A stretch of DNA of 58,582 nt from Candidatus Aminicenantes bacterium (lineage in GTDB: Bacteria; Acidobacteriota; Aminicenantia; Aminicenantales; UBA4085), in assembly GCA_022866045.1 (NCBI GenBank), contig JALHTW010000230.1, positions 1 to 58,582 on the forward strand, written 5' to 3'. The position numbers and the translations under genes were made by a program. The notes beneath the pieces are model-generated. The model saw only the letters and a program-made list of their open reading frames with translations, had not been told where the DNA came from and searched no databases. Numbering within the stretch: the first letter of the stretch is position 1; each line of letters opens with the position of its first letter. Positions 58,365 to 58,582 of the stretch are shown one piece after another.

Positions 58365-58582
58365 TCAAGCGGAAGTGATAGCGCCCGGGTCGGCAACGGG
58401 CGGGACGGGCCGCTTCCGGTCTCCCAGCACCAGCCGGACTTGGTGCGTGCCGCCGTCATCGGTGAGAGGGATGGAGCGGGGGTCGACCGGCGCGCCATCC
58501 AGTTCCGCCTCCGCGATCCCTCGGCAGCGGCGCTCCGGGTTCGAGACCGCGATCTCGTAGCGCGTCCGGCCGAAGCGCCAGA
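58365..58582 (-). CDS. 3' end of a GH94 / cyclic beta-1,2-glucan synthase (NdvB/ChvB)-like gene, partial
   Basis: Manual translation WRFGRTRYEIAVSNPERRCRGIAEAELDGAPVDPRSIPLTDDGGTHQVRLVLG...*, typical GH94 C-terminus. Confidence 0.7.
   Translation of the reverse strand, partial: WRFGRTRYEIAVSNPERRCRGIAEAELDGAPVDPRSIPLTDDGGTHQVRLVLGDRKRPVPPVADPGAITSA

Overview
Bacterial chromosomal window, about 58-60% GC by eye, with coding DNA rich in C-ending codons. The Cys-rich RpoB N-terminal insert and the L14 variant 'CITPLGG' point to Acidobacteriota, possibly Aminicenantia (inference). Bases 1-31543 are one uninterrupted + strand transcription/translation supercluster: tuf 3' end, rpmG, tRNA-Trp, secE, nusG, rplKAJL, rpoBC, rpsLG, fusA, tuf, and the S10, spc and alpha operons through rplQ. 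Bases 31.5-57.6 kb hold envelope and housekeeping genes: MltD/LysM transglycosylase, galE, CCA-type nucleotidyltransferase, LEA_2 protein, two paralogous beta-barrel OMPs under a sigma54-type promoter, tsaC, metG, folE, larC, cobB, mtnP, a PfkB kinase, tricorn protease, a GH172-like protein, a GH109-like protein, queA and ruvAB. The last 1 kb is a mosaic of gene fragments plus the 3' end of a GH94/NdvB-like gene. Most notable unannotated signals: (1) a 308-bp element with perfect 27-bp terminal inverted repeats enclosing a start-less Y1/RAYT transposase N-terminal fragment, alongside a family of GGGGAC/GGGGTC-ended intergenic hairpins, suggesting a RAYT/REPIN-like system; (2) a 154-bp structured repeat present twice in inverted orientation with a compensatory base change; (3) a tuf gene with sharply G-ending codon usage and a non-canonical switch I, next to an EF-G with degenerate domain IV tip loops; (4) an internal SD+ATG in metG at the start of its tRNA-binding domain. 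All family assignments come from motif recognition by eye; no database searches were run.
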